This document shows positions 35,971 through 46,553 of a stretch of DNA of 58,558 bases, piece by piece. The notes under the pieces are model-generated. The model worked only from the letters and a program-made list of their open reading frames with translations. It did not search any database and was not told the origin of the DNA. The stretch's first letter is position 1. The number at the start of each line of letters is the position of its first letter. The DNA lies in the NCBI GenBank assembly GCA_018895275.1, contig JAHIOQ010000048.1:1-58558 (forward strand), read 5' to 3'. Origin of the DNA: Candidatus Omnitrophota bacterium. Lineage in GTDB: Bacteria; Omnitrophota; Gorgyraeia; B26-G9. The position numbers and the translations under genes are program-made.

Positions 35971-37269
35971 TTATAACCTTTCTACACGAATTGCTACGGT
36001 TTTCTTTTTCACTACCGCCAATTTATCGATCTTCGCCAGGGCTTGACGCAATTTTTTTCCCTTAGCCTCATGCGTCATCATCACAATCGGAACCGCTTCT
36101 GCGCGCCGCCTTCCTTTTTGAATCACACTATGAATACTGATACCATATTTACCTAAAATCGTAGAAATCTGCGATAAAACAGCCGGTTTATCCAATGCCG
36201 ACAAACGAAGATAATAGCGCGACTCAATATCATCGATAGCGCGAATAACGCAATGGCGTTTGTCTTGCCCAATACCCAGGCAAACATTATGATCCTGTGT
36301 TGTGATTTTTCCCGCAAGTGCAACCAGATCACTGACCACAGCACTGGCCGTCGGTAGTTGCCCGGCACCCTGTCCGTAAAACAATGCCTCACCGACCAGA
36401 TCGGCATTTACAAATATCGCATTCAAAACGCCGTCGACATGCGCAAGCAAATGGCTCTTAGGGACTAAGGCCGGATGAACCCTGATTTGCAAATCAGGCC
36501 CCCCGCACTTGGTTACCGCCAAAAGTTTAACGGCAAAGCCTAACTCATCCGCATATTGAAGATCACTGCCGTCAATATCACGGATTCCTTCCACATAAAC
36601 ATCCTTAAAACAAATCGGCTGGTTAAAACACATCCGCGCGAGAATGGCGATTTTATGAGCGGAATCAATCCCGTCGATGTCGAGCGTAGGATTCTTTTCC
36701 GCGTATCCCTTTTGCCGGGCAGCAAAAAGCGCGCTCTTAAAATCACAGCCCTTATCGGACATCTGCGTAAGGATATAGTTGCTTGTTCCGTTTATTATAC
36801 CGTAAATACTTTCGATGCGGTTAGCGACAAACCCCTCTCTCAACGCCTTGATAATCGGTATTCCTCCCCCTACGCTGGCTTCAAAACAGACATCCACGCC
36901 GTTTTCCGCTGCCGTCTTAAAAATTTCTTCGCCTTCCTCGGCCAATAGTGCCTTATTCGCCGTAACTACATGTTTTTTACTACGCAGAGCCCGTAAAATT
37001 ATTTCTTTCGCCGGATGGATTCCGCCGATAAGTTCAACAACGATGTTAATGTTTTCATCATTAAGAATCCAGCTTGCATCTTTTGTAAGAATATTTTTAT
37101 CGACACTAACGTCACGCCTGCGGCTGATATCTAAATCGCAAATTTTTTTCAAAAGCAACCGCACGCCGATTTTTTTCTCAAGCAACGCGGCTTTTTTTGT
37201 AAGGACTTTAATTACGCCGGCCCCGATTGTACCGAAACCGATTAATCCGATATTAACAATTTTACTCAT
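35971..37269 (-). CDS. hom: Homoserine dehydrogenase with C-terminal ACT domain
   Basis: [29 protein letters not shown] and [11 protein letters not shown]. Confidence 0.96.
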   Translation of the reverse strand: MSKIVNIGLIGFGTIGAGVIKVLTKKAALLEKKIGVRLLLKKICDLDISRRRDVSVDKNILTKDASWILNDENINIVVELIGGIHPAKEIILRALRSKKHVVTANKALLAEEGEEIFKTAAENGVDVCFEASVGGGIPIIKALREGFVANRIESIYGIINGTSNYILTQMSDKGCDFKSALFAARQKGYAEKNPTLDIDGIDSAHKIAILARMCFNQPICFKDVYVEGIRDIDGSDLQYADELGFAVKLLAVTKCGGPDLQIRVHPALVPKSHLLAHVDGVLNAIFVNADLVGEALFYGQGAGQLPTASAVVSDLVALAGKITTQDHNVCLGIGQDKRHCVIRAIDDIESRYYLRLSALDKPAVLSQISTILGKYGISIHSVIQKGRRRAEAVPIVMMTHEAKGKKLRQALAKIDKLAVVKKKTVAIRVERL

Positions 37270-37714
37270 CGTAGAGATCTTTCTTGTTTTCCTGCACTTC
37301 TTCTATGGAAAAATAAATTTTATTCGCATCCGAAGCACAATCCTTGATAATATTCTCCAAAAGGAAGAGATCGTCCTCTTCCGCCTGAATAAATTTGACT
37401 CCGATATCAAACAAAAACTTTTTGTTTTTTTCTTGACGCACATACACCACTTCACCAAGCATTTTTATCAATTTAGTTATCTTTGGCAAGCGTAAAGTAA
37501 CATGTAATATTGTCCCGGGAGGAAAATGCTTATCCGTAGTAAAACAAATGCCGCCAACGCCGACATTCCGCGACAAGGTCATATCCGTCCGGTTAACATG
37601 GCCGGGATAGACATAATAGCTCACCACAAAATTAGCGTTAATACGAATAAATCGACGCCGTTCCGAGGCATTCTGGTTCGAGTCATAATAATAGAAAACA
37701 TCATTATTATTCAT
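37262..37714 (-). CDS. PilZ domain protein
   Basis: ERRRFIR (RxxxR), NVGVGG (degenerate D/NxSxxG) and IGVKF. Confidence 0.85.
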   Translation of the reverse strand: MNNNDVFYYYDSNQNASERRRFIRINANFVVSYYVYPGHVNRTDMTLSRNVGVGGICFTTDKHFPPGTILHVTLRLPKITKLIKMLGEVVYVRQEKNKKFLFDIGVKFIQAEEDDLFLLENIIKDCASDANKIYFSIEEVQENKKDLYDE

Positions 37715-37819
37715 AAGTAAAGCTTCTTGGTGAAAAAGTTATTGAAAGCAAGCCCCTAAAGTTCCCTTGTATCGTTTAGCATCTGCGCAGCTTTTATAAT
37801 TAGCATTACAGTAATTTTC

Positions 37820-37897
37820 TGGTCGGGGCGGACAGACTCGAACTGTCGGCCTCTTGAACCCCATTCAAGCGCGCTAGCCAAACTGCGCCACGCCCCG
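37820..37897 (-). tRNA. tRNA-Pro(GGG) with encoded CCA
   Basis: CGGGGCGTGGCGCAGTTTGGCTAGCGCGCTTGAATGGGGTTCAAGAGGCCGACAGTTCGAGTCTGTCCGCCCCGACCA folds as a cloverleaf with anticodon loop ATGGGGT. Confidence 0.96.
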
Positions 37898-38065
37898 GGT
37901 TTTGATTAACTTATAGCCCATAAAAAAGCATATTTTAAATTACTACAAAAAGTGGAAAATTGCAAGCAGAATATTTGATCCTCAAGCATACCCCAGGCTT
38001 AGGTAAGCTGCTTAAAGAAAGGCAGGTTCATAAAAATTGCCGGAATAAAAATTTTACTTCATTCA

Positions 38066-38413
38066 TCAGGCTAATACATACTGTTGGCGTATTCTCCGAT
38101 GCATAGCCATATCCAATATCGAACCTAATTTATGAACCATGATCTCCAGATCGCTTTCCATCCTCAACGTATCGAGGTAGCGCGAAACCGCACGCCGGTT
38201 ATTTGCCGCAACAATTCTTCCGTTTACCGCCACCACATAAATACCCGGATCTTCTTCTTGCGGATATGCGAACAAAATTTCCGATAAATTTTTCGTAACC
38301 GCCAGCACAGAATTCTCATAGTTCATTACAGCCAAAATATTACTAATATTTTTTTCCGGAATATTCGCCAGTGAAATCTGATCTTTTAATAGCGATACAT
38401 AACCTGTATCCAT
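38066..38413 (-). CDS. Hypothetical protein, 115 aa
   Basis: AAGGAG ribosome-binding site and an open frame with ordinary composition; no family recognised. Confidence 0.65.
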   Translation of the reverse strand: MDTGYVSLLKDQISLANIPEKNISNILAVMNYENSVLAVTKNLSEILFAYPQEEDPGIYVVAVNGRIVAANNRRAVSRYLDTLRMESDLEIMVHKLGSILDMAMHRRIRQQYVLA

Positions 38414-38675
38414 CCAGCATCTCCTTTCTGTTTTCTTGCTTGTATTGCAATTTTCTTCTTACATCATCAGCAACATTTTAACTTAAAAATAAGCATGAAT
38501 CATACCAATGTGAATGAAAAATATAAATTTTTCTACAACATAAATTGCAATCACTTATTAAAATAATGATAAAATACATATCAAAACGTTTAAAAAGTAT
38601 AAATTTGTTCATTTTTTTTAACACTTTGTCATTCGGTCGGAAAAACTGCGGATTTCCCTAAACAATAAACAATAT

Positions 38676-39662
38676 TTATAATTCCGGCTTCTTGTCGCGA
38701 AGCATTAGAGAACAAAGTGCTTCTTCCGGTTTTTTGTTTTCATATAAAACTTTATATACCTCATGCGTTATCGGCATCAGAACCTTAAATTTTGCTGCAA
38801 GCTTCAAAGCAATCTTTGTGGTCTTTACGCCTTCTACCACCATATCTGAAGCGCCTAGTACGGCATTCAGCTTTTTACCTTTACTTAATTCTTCGCCTAA
38901 ACTACGGTTGCGGCTTTTTCGATTCATACATGTCGTTACAAGATCTCCCATCCCGGATAACCCGCTGAATGTTTTATAATGCGCTCCCATAGCAACGCCC
39001 AGGCGTGCGATTTCAACAAGTCCGCGAGTTAAAAGTGCAGCCTTGGTATTTGTTCCAAATCCCAGCCCATCAGAAATTCCGCAGGCAATCGCGATTATAT
39101 TTTTGAAAGCGCCGGCTAATTCAACCCCCAATAAATCATTACTGGTATAAACCCGGAATGTAGGAGTAACAAAGACATCCTGGATTTTCTCTGCCAATTG
39201 TCTGCTGCGAGAAACACAAACTGCTGCCGAAGGAATGCCGCCGGCAACCTCAAAGGCAATATTCGGCCCGGATAGTACCGCCACGCGAACCGCTCCCAAT
39301 TCTTCGCGGATCACCTCAGACATTCTCTTAGCTGTACTTTCTTCCAGCCCTTTCGCTACGCTTAAGTAATCAGCCTTTATCCCGGTTTTTTTAATTTTCC
39401 TCGCTACCTGCCGCATATATTGAGAAGGAACGGCCATAACCACCAGATTGGTATCTTGCAACGCCTCTTTCAGATCCGACGTAATATTAACCGATGGAGG
39501 GATTTCTATGCCCGGTAAAAACTTTATATTCTCCCGCTTTTTCCGTAACTCTTCAACATATGCGGGAAACGCCCCCCAAAGCGATACGGAAAACTTATTT
39601 TTACCCAGCAGTACTGAGAGTGCCGTACCCCAGCCGCCATCTCCAATAACCGTAATCTTCAT
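38676..39662 (-). CDS. gpsA: NAD(P)H-dependent glycerol-3-phosphate dehydrogenase
   Basis: GDGGWGTAL, LSGPN, KNIIAIACG, GMGDLVTTC and SRNR. Confidence 0.96.
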   Translation of the reverse strand: MKITVIGDGGWGTALSVLLGKNKFSVSLWGAFPAYVEELRKKRENIKFLPGIEIPPSVNITSDLKEALQDTNLVVMAVPSQYMRQVARKIKKTGIKADYLSVAKGLEESTAKRMSEVIREELGAVRVAVLSGPNIAFEVAGGIPSAAVCVSRSRQLAEKIQDVFVTPTFRVYTSNDLLGVELAGAFKNIIAIACGISDGLGFGTNTKAALLTRGLVEIARLGVAMGAHYKTFSGLSGMGDLVTTCMNRKSRNRSLGEELSKGKKLNAVLGASDMVVEGVKTTKIALKLAAKFKVLMPITHEVYKVLYENKKPEEALCSLMLRDKKPEL

Positions 39663-40276
39663 CTTTTCTCAAACACCTTTTTTTCTCTTCCGGTCAGTAA
39701 GCGGCATATATTAGGCCTATGTTTGGCTACGATCAAAATACATAAAAAAGCACTCATTATCGTATAACTAAAATGTATTTTTGCATATAGCATAAAAAAG
39801 GGGATAACCAAACCGGCCGTTATCGAACCAAGGGACACATATCTGGTCACGGCAACGATAACAACAAAAAGCAAGCCGCCTAGAAGCATTGCCTGCGGAG
39901 CAATTGCCAACAAAACACCCGCACTTGTCGCTACGCCCTTGCCTCCCTTCCCGCCTAAAAACACATTAAATATATGCCCTGATACAACTGCGATCCCGCA
40001 CAAAGAACGCGTAACTTCAAAAGATATCAAATTATCGAAAAAAAACATGCGGCTTATAAAGGTTACGGCAATAATTCCCTTAATTACGTCGATAATTAAA
40101 ACAAGCAGCCCCGGAGTTTTACCTAAAACACGCACGGCATTAGTCGCTCCTACGTTCCCACTGCCGTATTCCCTGATATCAACCCCCTTCATTGCCCTGG
40201 CAAAAAGATAGGCCGTCGGGACTGTTCCTAATAGATAACTGAGTAATACCCTCAACAAAATCAACATAACCGCCAT
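39659..40276 (-). CDS. plsY: Glycerol-3-phosphate acyltransferase PlsY
   Basis: GSGNVGATN, GGKGVATSAG and KHRPNI. Confidence 0.95.
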   Translation of the reverse strand: MAVMLILLRVLLSYLLGTVPTAYLFARAMKGVDIREYGSGNVGATNAVRVLGKTPGLLVLIIDVIKGIIAVTFISRMFFFDNLISFEVTRSLCGIAVVSGHIFNVFLGGKGGKGVATSAGVLLAIAPQAMLLGGLLFVVIVAVTRYVSLGSITAGLVIPFFMLYAKIHFSYTIMSAFLCILIVAKHRPNICRLLTGREKKVFEKR

Positions 40277-40288
40277 TTTTACCTGCCT

Positions 40289-41608
40289 TTACTTTTTTTT
40301 TCTTATCATGATTTTCAGCGGCACGCCTTGGAAGTCGCATTGTTGACGTATATACTTATCGGCATAACGTAAAAAAGAATCCTTCACCAACTCCGGACGA
40401 TTCACGATCATAACAAATGCCGGCGGTACGTATTCAAGCTGAGTCAAATAATTTATTTTTAGCGGCCCGATAGAAGTCGGCACCAAACTCGTCAATTCTT
40501 TTGCCATAGCAACAAGTTTATTTTGCTTTATTTTTTTATGCGCATTTTCCCATGCCTGCCTGACAAGTTTAAATATAAGATCAACATTCTTTCCCGTCTT
40601 AGCCGAACAAGCGGCAACAAAAGCAAAATGGACAAAAGATAATTTTTGCGCAATCATCTGCATCGAGTTATTAACATTCACTTTCGCTAAATCACATTTA
40701 TTAATTCCGATAACGCAACATTTCTCCGTTTCGTTTATCAAGCGAAAAACATTCAGGTCATCCCGGGATAACGGCTCGCGGGCATCAAGTAAAACGATAC
40801 AAACATCCGCACGTTTTACAGCCTTAACCGTCCGTGACAAAGAGTAAACATCAATACTCGTATGGGTCTTGCCCTTCCTGCGTATCCCCGCCGTATCGAT
40901 CAGCGTAACTTTTTGCCCGTTGAATTCAAAACTTGTATCTATAGAATCACGCGTTGTCCCCGGGGTATTATCGACGATGACACGTTCTTCTTTTAATAGC
41001 TGATTAACAAAGGAAGACTTTCCGACATTCGGCCTGCCGACAATCGCAATTTTAAGCCCCTCCGCTTCCTCGGATGCGGCCTCACTGCGTTTAGACGAAG
41101 GCATTTCTTTTAAAACGTCATCAAGAAGGTCATCAATACTCAATCCATGCAAAGCTGAAACATAATGAACACTGTCAAAACCAAGCTCATAAAATTCTCT
41201 TTGCATATCAATATTCTCCATAGAATCTACTTTATTAACAACGACTATTACCTTTTTATCGAAACGCCGCACATATTCGGCTACTTCCCTATCCGCCGGA
41301 ACAATACCGCAGTTAGCATCCACGACAAAAAGAATAAGCGACGCTTCTTCAATTGCCTTTTTTGCCTGTTTAATTATTGCTGCGGACAAATCAGAACCTG
41401 CCTCAAAATCCACTCCGCCGGTATCAACCAGTAAAAATTCATCCTGCCCCCAGATGACTTGGGCATAAACCCTGTCACGGGTTACCCCTTGTGAGGGCTC
41501 GACTATCGTATGCCTGTGTCCGATAAGCCGGTTAAAAAGGCATGATTTTCCTACATTCGGCCTGCCGACTATCGCTACCAGATTTTGCGAATTTTCCATC
41601 GTTTTCAA
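40289..41608 (-). CDS. der: Ribosome biogenesis GTPase Der (EngA)
   Basis: Two GRPNVGKS G-domains, TRD, and DTGG/DTAG. Confidence 0.97.
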   Translation of the reverse strand: MKTMENSQNLVAIVGRPNVGKSCLFNRLIGHRHTIVEPSQGVTRDRVYAQVIWGQDEFLLVDTGGVDFEAGSDLSAAIIKQAKKAIEEASLILFVVDANCGIVPADREVAEYVRRFDKKVIVVVNKVDSMENIDMQREFYELGFDSVHYVSALHGLSIDDLLDDVLKEMPSSKRSEAASEEAEGLKIAIVGRPNVGKSSFVNQLLKEERVIVDNTPGTTRDSIDTSFEFNGQKVTLIDTAGIRRKGKTHTSIDVYSLSRTVKAVKRADVCIVLLDAREPLSRDDLNVFRLINETEKCCVIGINKCDLAKVNVNNSMQMIAQKLSFVHFAFVAACSAKTGKNVDLIFKLVRQAWENAHKKIKQNKLVAMAKELTSLVPTSIGPLKINYLTQLEYVPPAFVMIVNRPELVKDSFLRYADKYIRQQCDFQGVPLKIMIRKKK

Positions 41609-42168
41609 TGAGGGTTATGGTTATTGTTGTTGAGTAATTTGCTTCCCCTAAGAATGTAATCCGCTCCGGAGATAACCGTAAAAAAAACAGCTATTTTCCA
41701 GACAATAAAAGAAAACGGATATTGAAGCAATATGCAGAGAATAGTAATCATCTGGAAAAAAGTTGTTAATTTTCCCAGTATGCTTGGCCTGATTTTTAAA
41801 TTTCCGGTCATAACATACACAAGTATAGACCCCAGAACAAGGATAATATCCCGGGAAATAACCAGAATAGGAACCCAAAGCGGCAGCCGGATAGACAACG
41901 GAATATTATGCGCTAAGGCAAGCGTAATAAAACTCAGGCTCAAAAGCAGTTTGTCCGCCAGAGGATCCAAAAACGACCCGAGGCGGGTCCTCATCCGGCG
42001 GGTCCGGGCAATATAGCCGTCTACCCCGTCACTAACCACGGCGGTGAGAAAAATAGCCACGGCAACAAATCTTAAATAATCTTTTTCCGGGCTATAGTAA
42101 ACGATAGCACTTATAAAAAACGGAATAAGCAAGACTCTGAAAATTGATATCCAGTTTGCTAAATTCAT
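41605..42168 (-). CDS. pgsA: CDP-alcohol phosphatidyltransferase (PgsA-like)
   Basis: SDGVDGYIAR...G.FLDPLADK signature. Confidence 0.85.
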   Translation of the reverse strand: MNLANWISIFRVLLIPFFISAIVYYSPEKDYLRFVAVAIFLTAVVSDGVDGYIARTRRMRTRLGSFLDPLADKLLLSLSFITLALAHNIPLSIRLPLWVPILVISRDIILVLGSILVYVMTGNLKIRPSILGKLTTFFQMITILCILLQYPFSFIVWKIAVFFTVISGADYILRGSKLLNNNNHNPH

Positions 42169-42190
42169 GAAAATAATTATCCTCTTTTAA

Positions 42191-42730
42191 TTATTTAATC
42201 AAGCGCATTCTATATGGCGGCCAATAAATCAGAATCGCTTTGCCAATTAAATTTTTTCTCGGAACATATCCCCAATATCGAGAATCACGGCTGTTTGCGC
42301 TGTTGTCACCCAACGCATAAAGGGATTTTTCCAGCACGGTTATTTCTTGATTCACATCTCCGTAAGGACCGCGGTTATAATAAAAACGGGAACTAATCGC
42401 CGGGTCGGTTATTTCCTTAGCATCTATAAAAATACGGCCGTTATGTATCATTATTTTTTCGTTTTCCAAAGCTATCAGGCGTTTAATGAACGCAATCTTC
42501 GGGTTTTCCGGATATTTAAAAACTATAACATCTCCTCTTTCCGGTTCATGAAAACGATAAATAAATTTATTAACCAGGATCCTGTCTCCTTCAATAAGCG
42601 TGGGAATCATCGACCCCGTGGGAATCTTAAACGCCTGTACGACAAAAGCACGTATAATCATCGCCAAAATAAAAGCAATCAGCAGGGATTCCCCGTATTC
42701 ACGAATAACCATTTTTGTTTCTTGCCGCAT
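42191..42730 (-). CDS. lepB: Signal peptidase I
   Basis: IPTGSM.PTL, FIKRLI and GDNSANSRDSRYWG. Confidence 0.96.
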   Translation of the reverse strand: MRQETKMVIREYGESLLIAFILAMIIRAFVVQAFKIPTGSMIPTLIEGDRILVNKFIYRFHEPERGDVIVFKYPENPKIAFIKRLIALENEKIMIHNGRIFIDAKEITDPAISSRFYYNRGPYGDVNQEITVLEKSLYALGDNSANSRDSRYWGYVPRKNLIGKAILIYWPPYRMRLIK

Positions 42731-42742
42731 CTATTTACCTCC

Positions 42743-44548
42743 TCATTCTATTTTCAAAACCGCCAGAAACGCTTCCTGCGGAATCTGTACCTTGCCGAAC
42801 TGCTTCATCCTTTTTCTTCCAAGCTTTTGTTTTTCCAAAAGTTTTCTTTTTCTTGAGATATCGCCGCCATAACATTTCGCCGTTACGTTTTTACCCATAG
42901 GCTTAATCGTTTCTCGGGCGATAACACGCGAGCCGATCGCCGCCTGGATGGCAATCTCATAAAGCTGGCGCGGAATAACTTCCCGCAGTTTTGTTACCAA
43001 CTGGCGCCCTTTATATTGTGCATTATCCTTATGTACCAAAAAAGAAAGCGCATCGCACGGCGTTCCGTTAATTAATATATCCAGTTTTACCAGTTTTGTC
43101 ATCCGGTATTCTATAAATTCGTAATCAAACGAGCCGTACCCTTTAGTCAAGGACTTCAGCTTGTCATAAAAATCGACGATTACTTCTGCAAGCGGAAATT
43201 CATACGTAAGCATCATCCTCTGCTCGTCGAGAAATTCCTTTCCGATATGTATCCCTCTTCTTGCTTGCGCCAGGCTCATTACCACCCCCAATGAATCATG
43301 CGGAACAATCATGAACGATTTAATATAAGGCTCTTCGATATGTTCGATAAATTGCGGCTCGGGAAATTTCGCCGGGTTATCGACTTCAACCGTCTCCTTG
43401 TTGGTCTTTTTAACCCGGTAAACCACGCTCGGCGTCGTAGCTATGAGGTTAACATTAAACTCGCGCTCCAGCCGTTCCTGCACAATATCCATATGCAGCA
43501 ATCCGAGGAATCCGCAGCGAAAACCAAAACCTAAAGAAGAGCTGCTTTCCTGCTCAAAAACAAAACCAAAATCCGTCAGTTTAAGCTTTTGCAGGGCATC
43601 GCGCAAATGATCGAAATCCTTGCTGTTTACGGGGTAAAGCCCGCAAAAAACAAGCGGAAGTTTGCGTTTAAACCCCGGCAATGGCTTTGCCGCAGGATTT
43701 TTAAAGTCGGTAACGGTATCCCCAATCATTACCTCTGCCGGATCCTTTATATTACAGCAAATATATCCTACCTCACCGGCGGAAAGCTGTGTAACCTTTT
43801 TCGGGCGCGGGGTAAGTATACCGGTTTCCAGAACCTCGTAACGCTTTCCGTTGGACATGAACGATATATTCATTCGCGGCGTAATGCAACCGTTGACCAC
43901 CCGCACATAGACGACCACGCCTTTATAATTATCAAAAACTGAATCAAAGATAAGCGCCTGCAAGGGGTTAGTCACCGAACCGGCCGGATGCGGAATTTTT
44001 TTCACCACGGCCTCGAGGATTTCCTCTATACCCTTGCCTTCTTTTGCGCTTGTTAATATCGGAGGCTCATCCAGGCAAAGCACGTCCTGAATTTGGTGTG
44101 TTACCGCCTCCGGCTGCGCATGCGGCAAATCTATTTTATTAATTACCGGAAGAATCTTCATATTTTGATTATTGGCAAGGTAAAAATTAGCTACGGTCTG
44201 GGCCTCAATTCCCTGAGCGGCGTCAATCAACAGAAGTGCTCCTTCGCATGCAGAAAGAGACTTGGTCACCTCGTAGCTAAAATCTACATGACCGGGGGTA
44301 TCGATAAGATTGAGCTGGTATTTTTTTCCGTCCTTGGCTACGTAATTTATCCTTACGGCCGAGGCTTTAATCGTAATCCCGCGTTCCCGTTCAATCTCCA
44401 TATCATCAAGCATTTGATCGTGAAATTCCCGGATATCAACAGCACTGGTGATTTGCAGCAAGCGATCGGCAAGGGTCGACTTGCCGTGATCAATATGCGC
44501 AATTATACAAAAATTTCTTATGTCTTGAGTCTTCATAATAATCCGCAA
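42743..44548 (-). CDS. lepA: Elongation factor 4
   Basis: [22 protein letters not shown] and [10 protein letters not shown]. Confidence 0.98.
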   Translation of the reverse strand: MRIIMKTQDIRNFCIIAHIDHGKSTLADRLLQITSAVDIREFHDQMLDDMEIERERGITIKASAVRINYVAKDGKKYQLNLIDTPGHVDFSYEVTKSLSACEGALLLIDAAQGIEAQTVANFYLANNQNMKILPVINKIDLPHAQPEAVTHQIQDVLCLDEPPILTSAKEGKGIEEILEAVVKKIPHPAGSVTNPLQALIFDSVFDNYKGVVVYVRVVNGCITPRMNISFMSNGKRYEVLETGILTPRPKKVTQLSAGEVGYICCNIKDPAEVMIGDTVTDFKNPAAKPLPGFKRKLPLVFCGLYPVNSKDFDHLRDALQKLKLTDFGFVFEQESSSSLGFGFRCGFLGLLHMDIVQERLEREFNVNLIATTPSVVYRVKKTNKETVEVDNPAKFPEPQFIEHIEEPYIKSFMIVPHDSLGVVMSLAQARRGIHIGKEFLDEQRMMLTYEFPLAEVIVDFYDKLKSLTKGYGSFDYEFIEYRMTKLVKLDILINGTPCDALSFLVHKDNAQYKGRQLVTKLREVIPRQLYEIAIQAAIGSRVIARETIKPMGKNVTAKCYGGDISRKRKLLEKQKLGRKRMKQFGKVQIPQEAFLAVLKIE

Positions 44549-45909
44549 CCGTATGCTATGAGTGCCCGCGTTGATTTAATACTGCCTGATTCCGCATAAA
44601 TACGAACAATCGGTTCCGTACCGGAAGCACGAATCAATAACCAGCTCTCGTCTTCCAAAATAAACTTTGTACCGTCATATGTTTTAATATCAACAACCCG
44701 CTTATTGCCTATTTGCCGCGGATGCGGAATTTTTTTGAGCGAAGTTGTTTTTAAGTCATTACGCATATAAACAAAATGCCCAAACCTTCTTTCCATATCG
44801 CGAATGATCTCAAGTATTCCCTGCTTACGATAGGCCATCAACTCAAGTAAAAGCAATCCGGAAAGTACGCCATCACGCTCCGGCATGTAATTTTTGAATC
44901 CGATTCCGCCCGATTCCTCGCCTCCCAGTAAAACATCTTCCTTCAGCATACGAGAGGCGATATTTTTAAAGCCTACAGGAACTACTTCCAAAGGCAGATT
45001 AAAATGCTGCGTTATTTTGTCGACCATTGTTGTCGTATTAATACTCTTTATGACCTTACCGGTCATCTTCCTGTTTTCTATCAAGTGCAGCAATAACAAG
45101 CAAATCGCCCGGTGCGAGCTGATATATGCGCCATTGGGACACATCGCGCCAATGCGGTCGGCATCTCCATCCAGGGATAAAGCCAGGTCGCAAGGAGTTG
45201 ACTTAACCGTTCGCTGCAGCAGGGAAAGGTTTTCTAAAATCGGTTCCGGGTTTACTCCGCCAAATAGAACATCGCGAGAAGTCCTTATCCCGGTTACGCG
45301 GCAGCGTGTTTTTTCCAGCACTTTTTCAATAATACCGCTGCCTACTCCATGCATCGCGTCAATCATAACCTGAAAGCCGGCATCACGTAAAACGTCAAAA
45401 TTAAGATAACTCTTTACAAGACGCAGATACGGATTAATAATCTCAACTTTCTTGACTACGGCCGCGCCGACAGCTTCTTTGCGCGCATGCTCGCCTTTGC
45501 TGATATTATCCTCAATTAACCGCGTTACCGCTTCCGAGGCGGAAGCGCCGTGCTCATCTTTTATTTTAAATCCGTTGAACAACGCCGGATTATGACTCGC
45601 CGTCAGAATAATACCGCAGGGCAAACGGTGCTGCCGGATATAACAGCTTACCGCCGGCGTGGGCACCGCTTTTGCCGTGAGAAACACCGGGATCCCCCGG
45701 CGGGTTAACTCTTCGGCAACAATATCCGCAAATTTGTCGGATAAGAACCGCCGGTCGTATCCGACAACCACTCCTCTTTTTCGAACGGATTCCTCCTTTG
45801 ACAATAAGTATTCCGCTACAGCCCGGCTAATGCGCGCCACATTATCAAAAGTAAAAGTGTCGGCAATTATACCGCGAAATCCGTCTGTGCCAAATTTTAT
45901 TTTCTGCAT
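44533..45909 (-). CDS. Phosphoglucomutase/phosphomannomutase family protein
   Basis: [27 protein letters not shown] and RASGTEP. Confidence 0.93.
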   Translation of the reverse strand: MQKIKFGTDGFRGIIADTFTFDNVARISRAVAEYLLSKEESVRKRGVVVGYDRRFLSDKFADIVAEELTRRGIPVFLTAKAVPTPAVSCYIRQHRLPCGIILTASHNPALFNGFKIKDEHGASASEAVTRLIEDNISKGEHARKEAVGAAVVKKVEIINPYLRLVKSYLNFDVLRDAGFQVMIDAMHGVGSGIIEKVLEKTRCRVTGIRTSRDVLFGGVNPEPILENLSLLQRTVKSTPCDLALSLDGDADRIGAMCPNGAYISSHRAICLLLLHLIENRKMTGKVIKSINTTTMVDKITQHFNLPLEVVPVGFKNIASRMLKEDVLLGGEESGGIGFKNYMPERDGVLSGLLLLELMAYRKQGILEIIRDMERRFGHFVYMRNDLKTTSLKKIPHPRQIGNKRVVDIKTYDGTKFILEDESWLLIRASGTEPIVRIYAESGSIKSTRALIAYGCGLL

Positions 45910-46553
45910 TTTCTTAAAGACTCGATTGCTTTTAAGCGGTCAATTGCATGAAAAACATATGCTCCGGCAACAAGAATATCCGCTCCCTGTTCCAAAACTA
46001 TTGGTGCGCTTACGTCCGTAATTCCGCCGTCCACCTCGATAATCCCTGAGTATTCCTTTCTCAATTGCCCGATTTTAGGTACTACTTCCGGCATAAACGC
46101 CTGTCCGCCGAAACCGGGATTTACCGTCATTACTAAAATCAGGTCTGCAAGCGCCAGGACATCTTTTAATTTAGAAAGCGGCGTTCCCGGATTAAGGCTG
46201 ATTCCCATTTTAACGTTATTGTCGTGTAATTTTTTCCGTATTTCACGCATGACCGCAACGGTACAGGTTTCGATATGCACGGTAATCATCGTACTGCCGG
46301 ACTTGATAAAACTATCCAGAAAAAAAAGCGGGTTGTCAATCATTAGGTGCACATCCAGCGGCAATTCCGTTTTTTTACGCAGGCAGGAAACAACCAAGGG
46401 GCCAATAGTTATATTCGGCACAAAATGTCCGTCCATTACGTCAACATGCAGCAAGTCCGCACCGGCTTTTTCCACTGAGCGCACTTCTTCTTCCAATCGG
46501 CTGAAATCCGCGGAAAGTATTGAAGGCGCGATTAAAAAAACTTTCTGCTTCAT
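45897..46553 (-). CDS. rpe: Ribulose-phosphate 3-epimerase
   Basis: APSILSAD, HVDVMDGHFVPN, MTVNPGFGGQ and EVDGG. Confidence 0.97.
   Translation of the reverse strand: MKQKVFLIAPSILSADFSRLEEEVRSVEKAGADLLHVDVMDGHFVPNITIGPLVVSCLRKKTELPLDVHLMIDNPLFFLDSFIKSGSTMITVHIETCTVAVMREIRKKLHDNNVKMGISLNPGTPLSKLKDVLALADLILVMTVNPGFGGQAFMPEVVPKIGQLRKEYSGIIEVDGGITDVSAPIVLEQGADILVAGAYVFHAIDRLKAIESLRKCRK

Noticed and set aside
37820-38660. tRNA-Pro as the integration site of a genomic island
   Set aside because: No integrase and no duplicated tRNA 3' end were seen, and the flanks are housekeeping genes.
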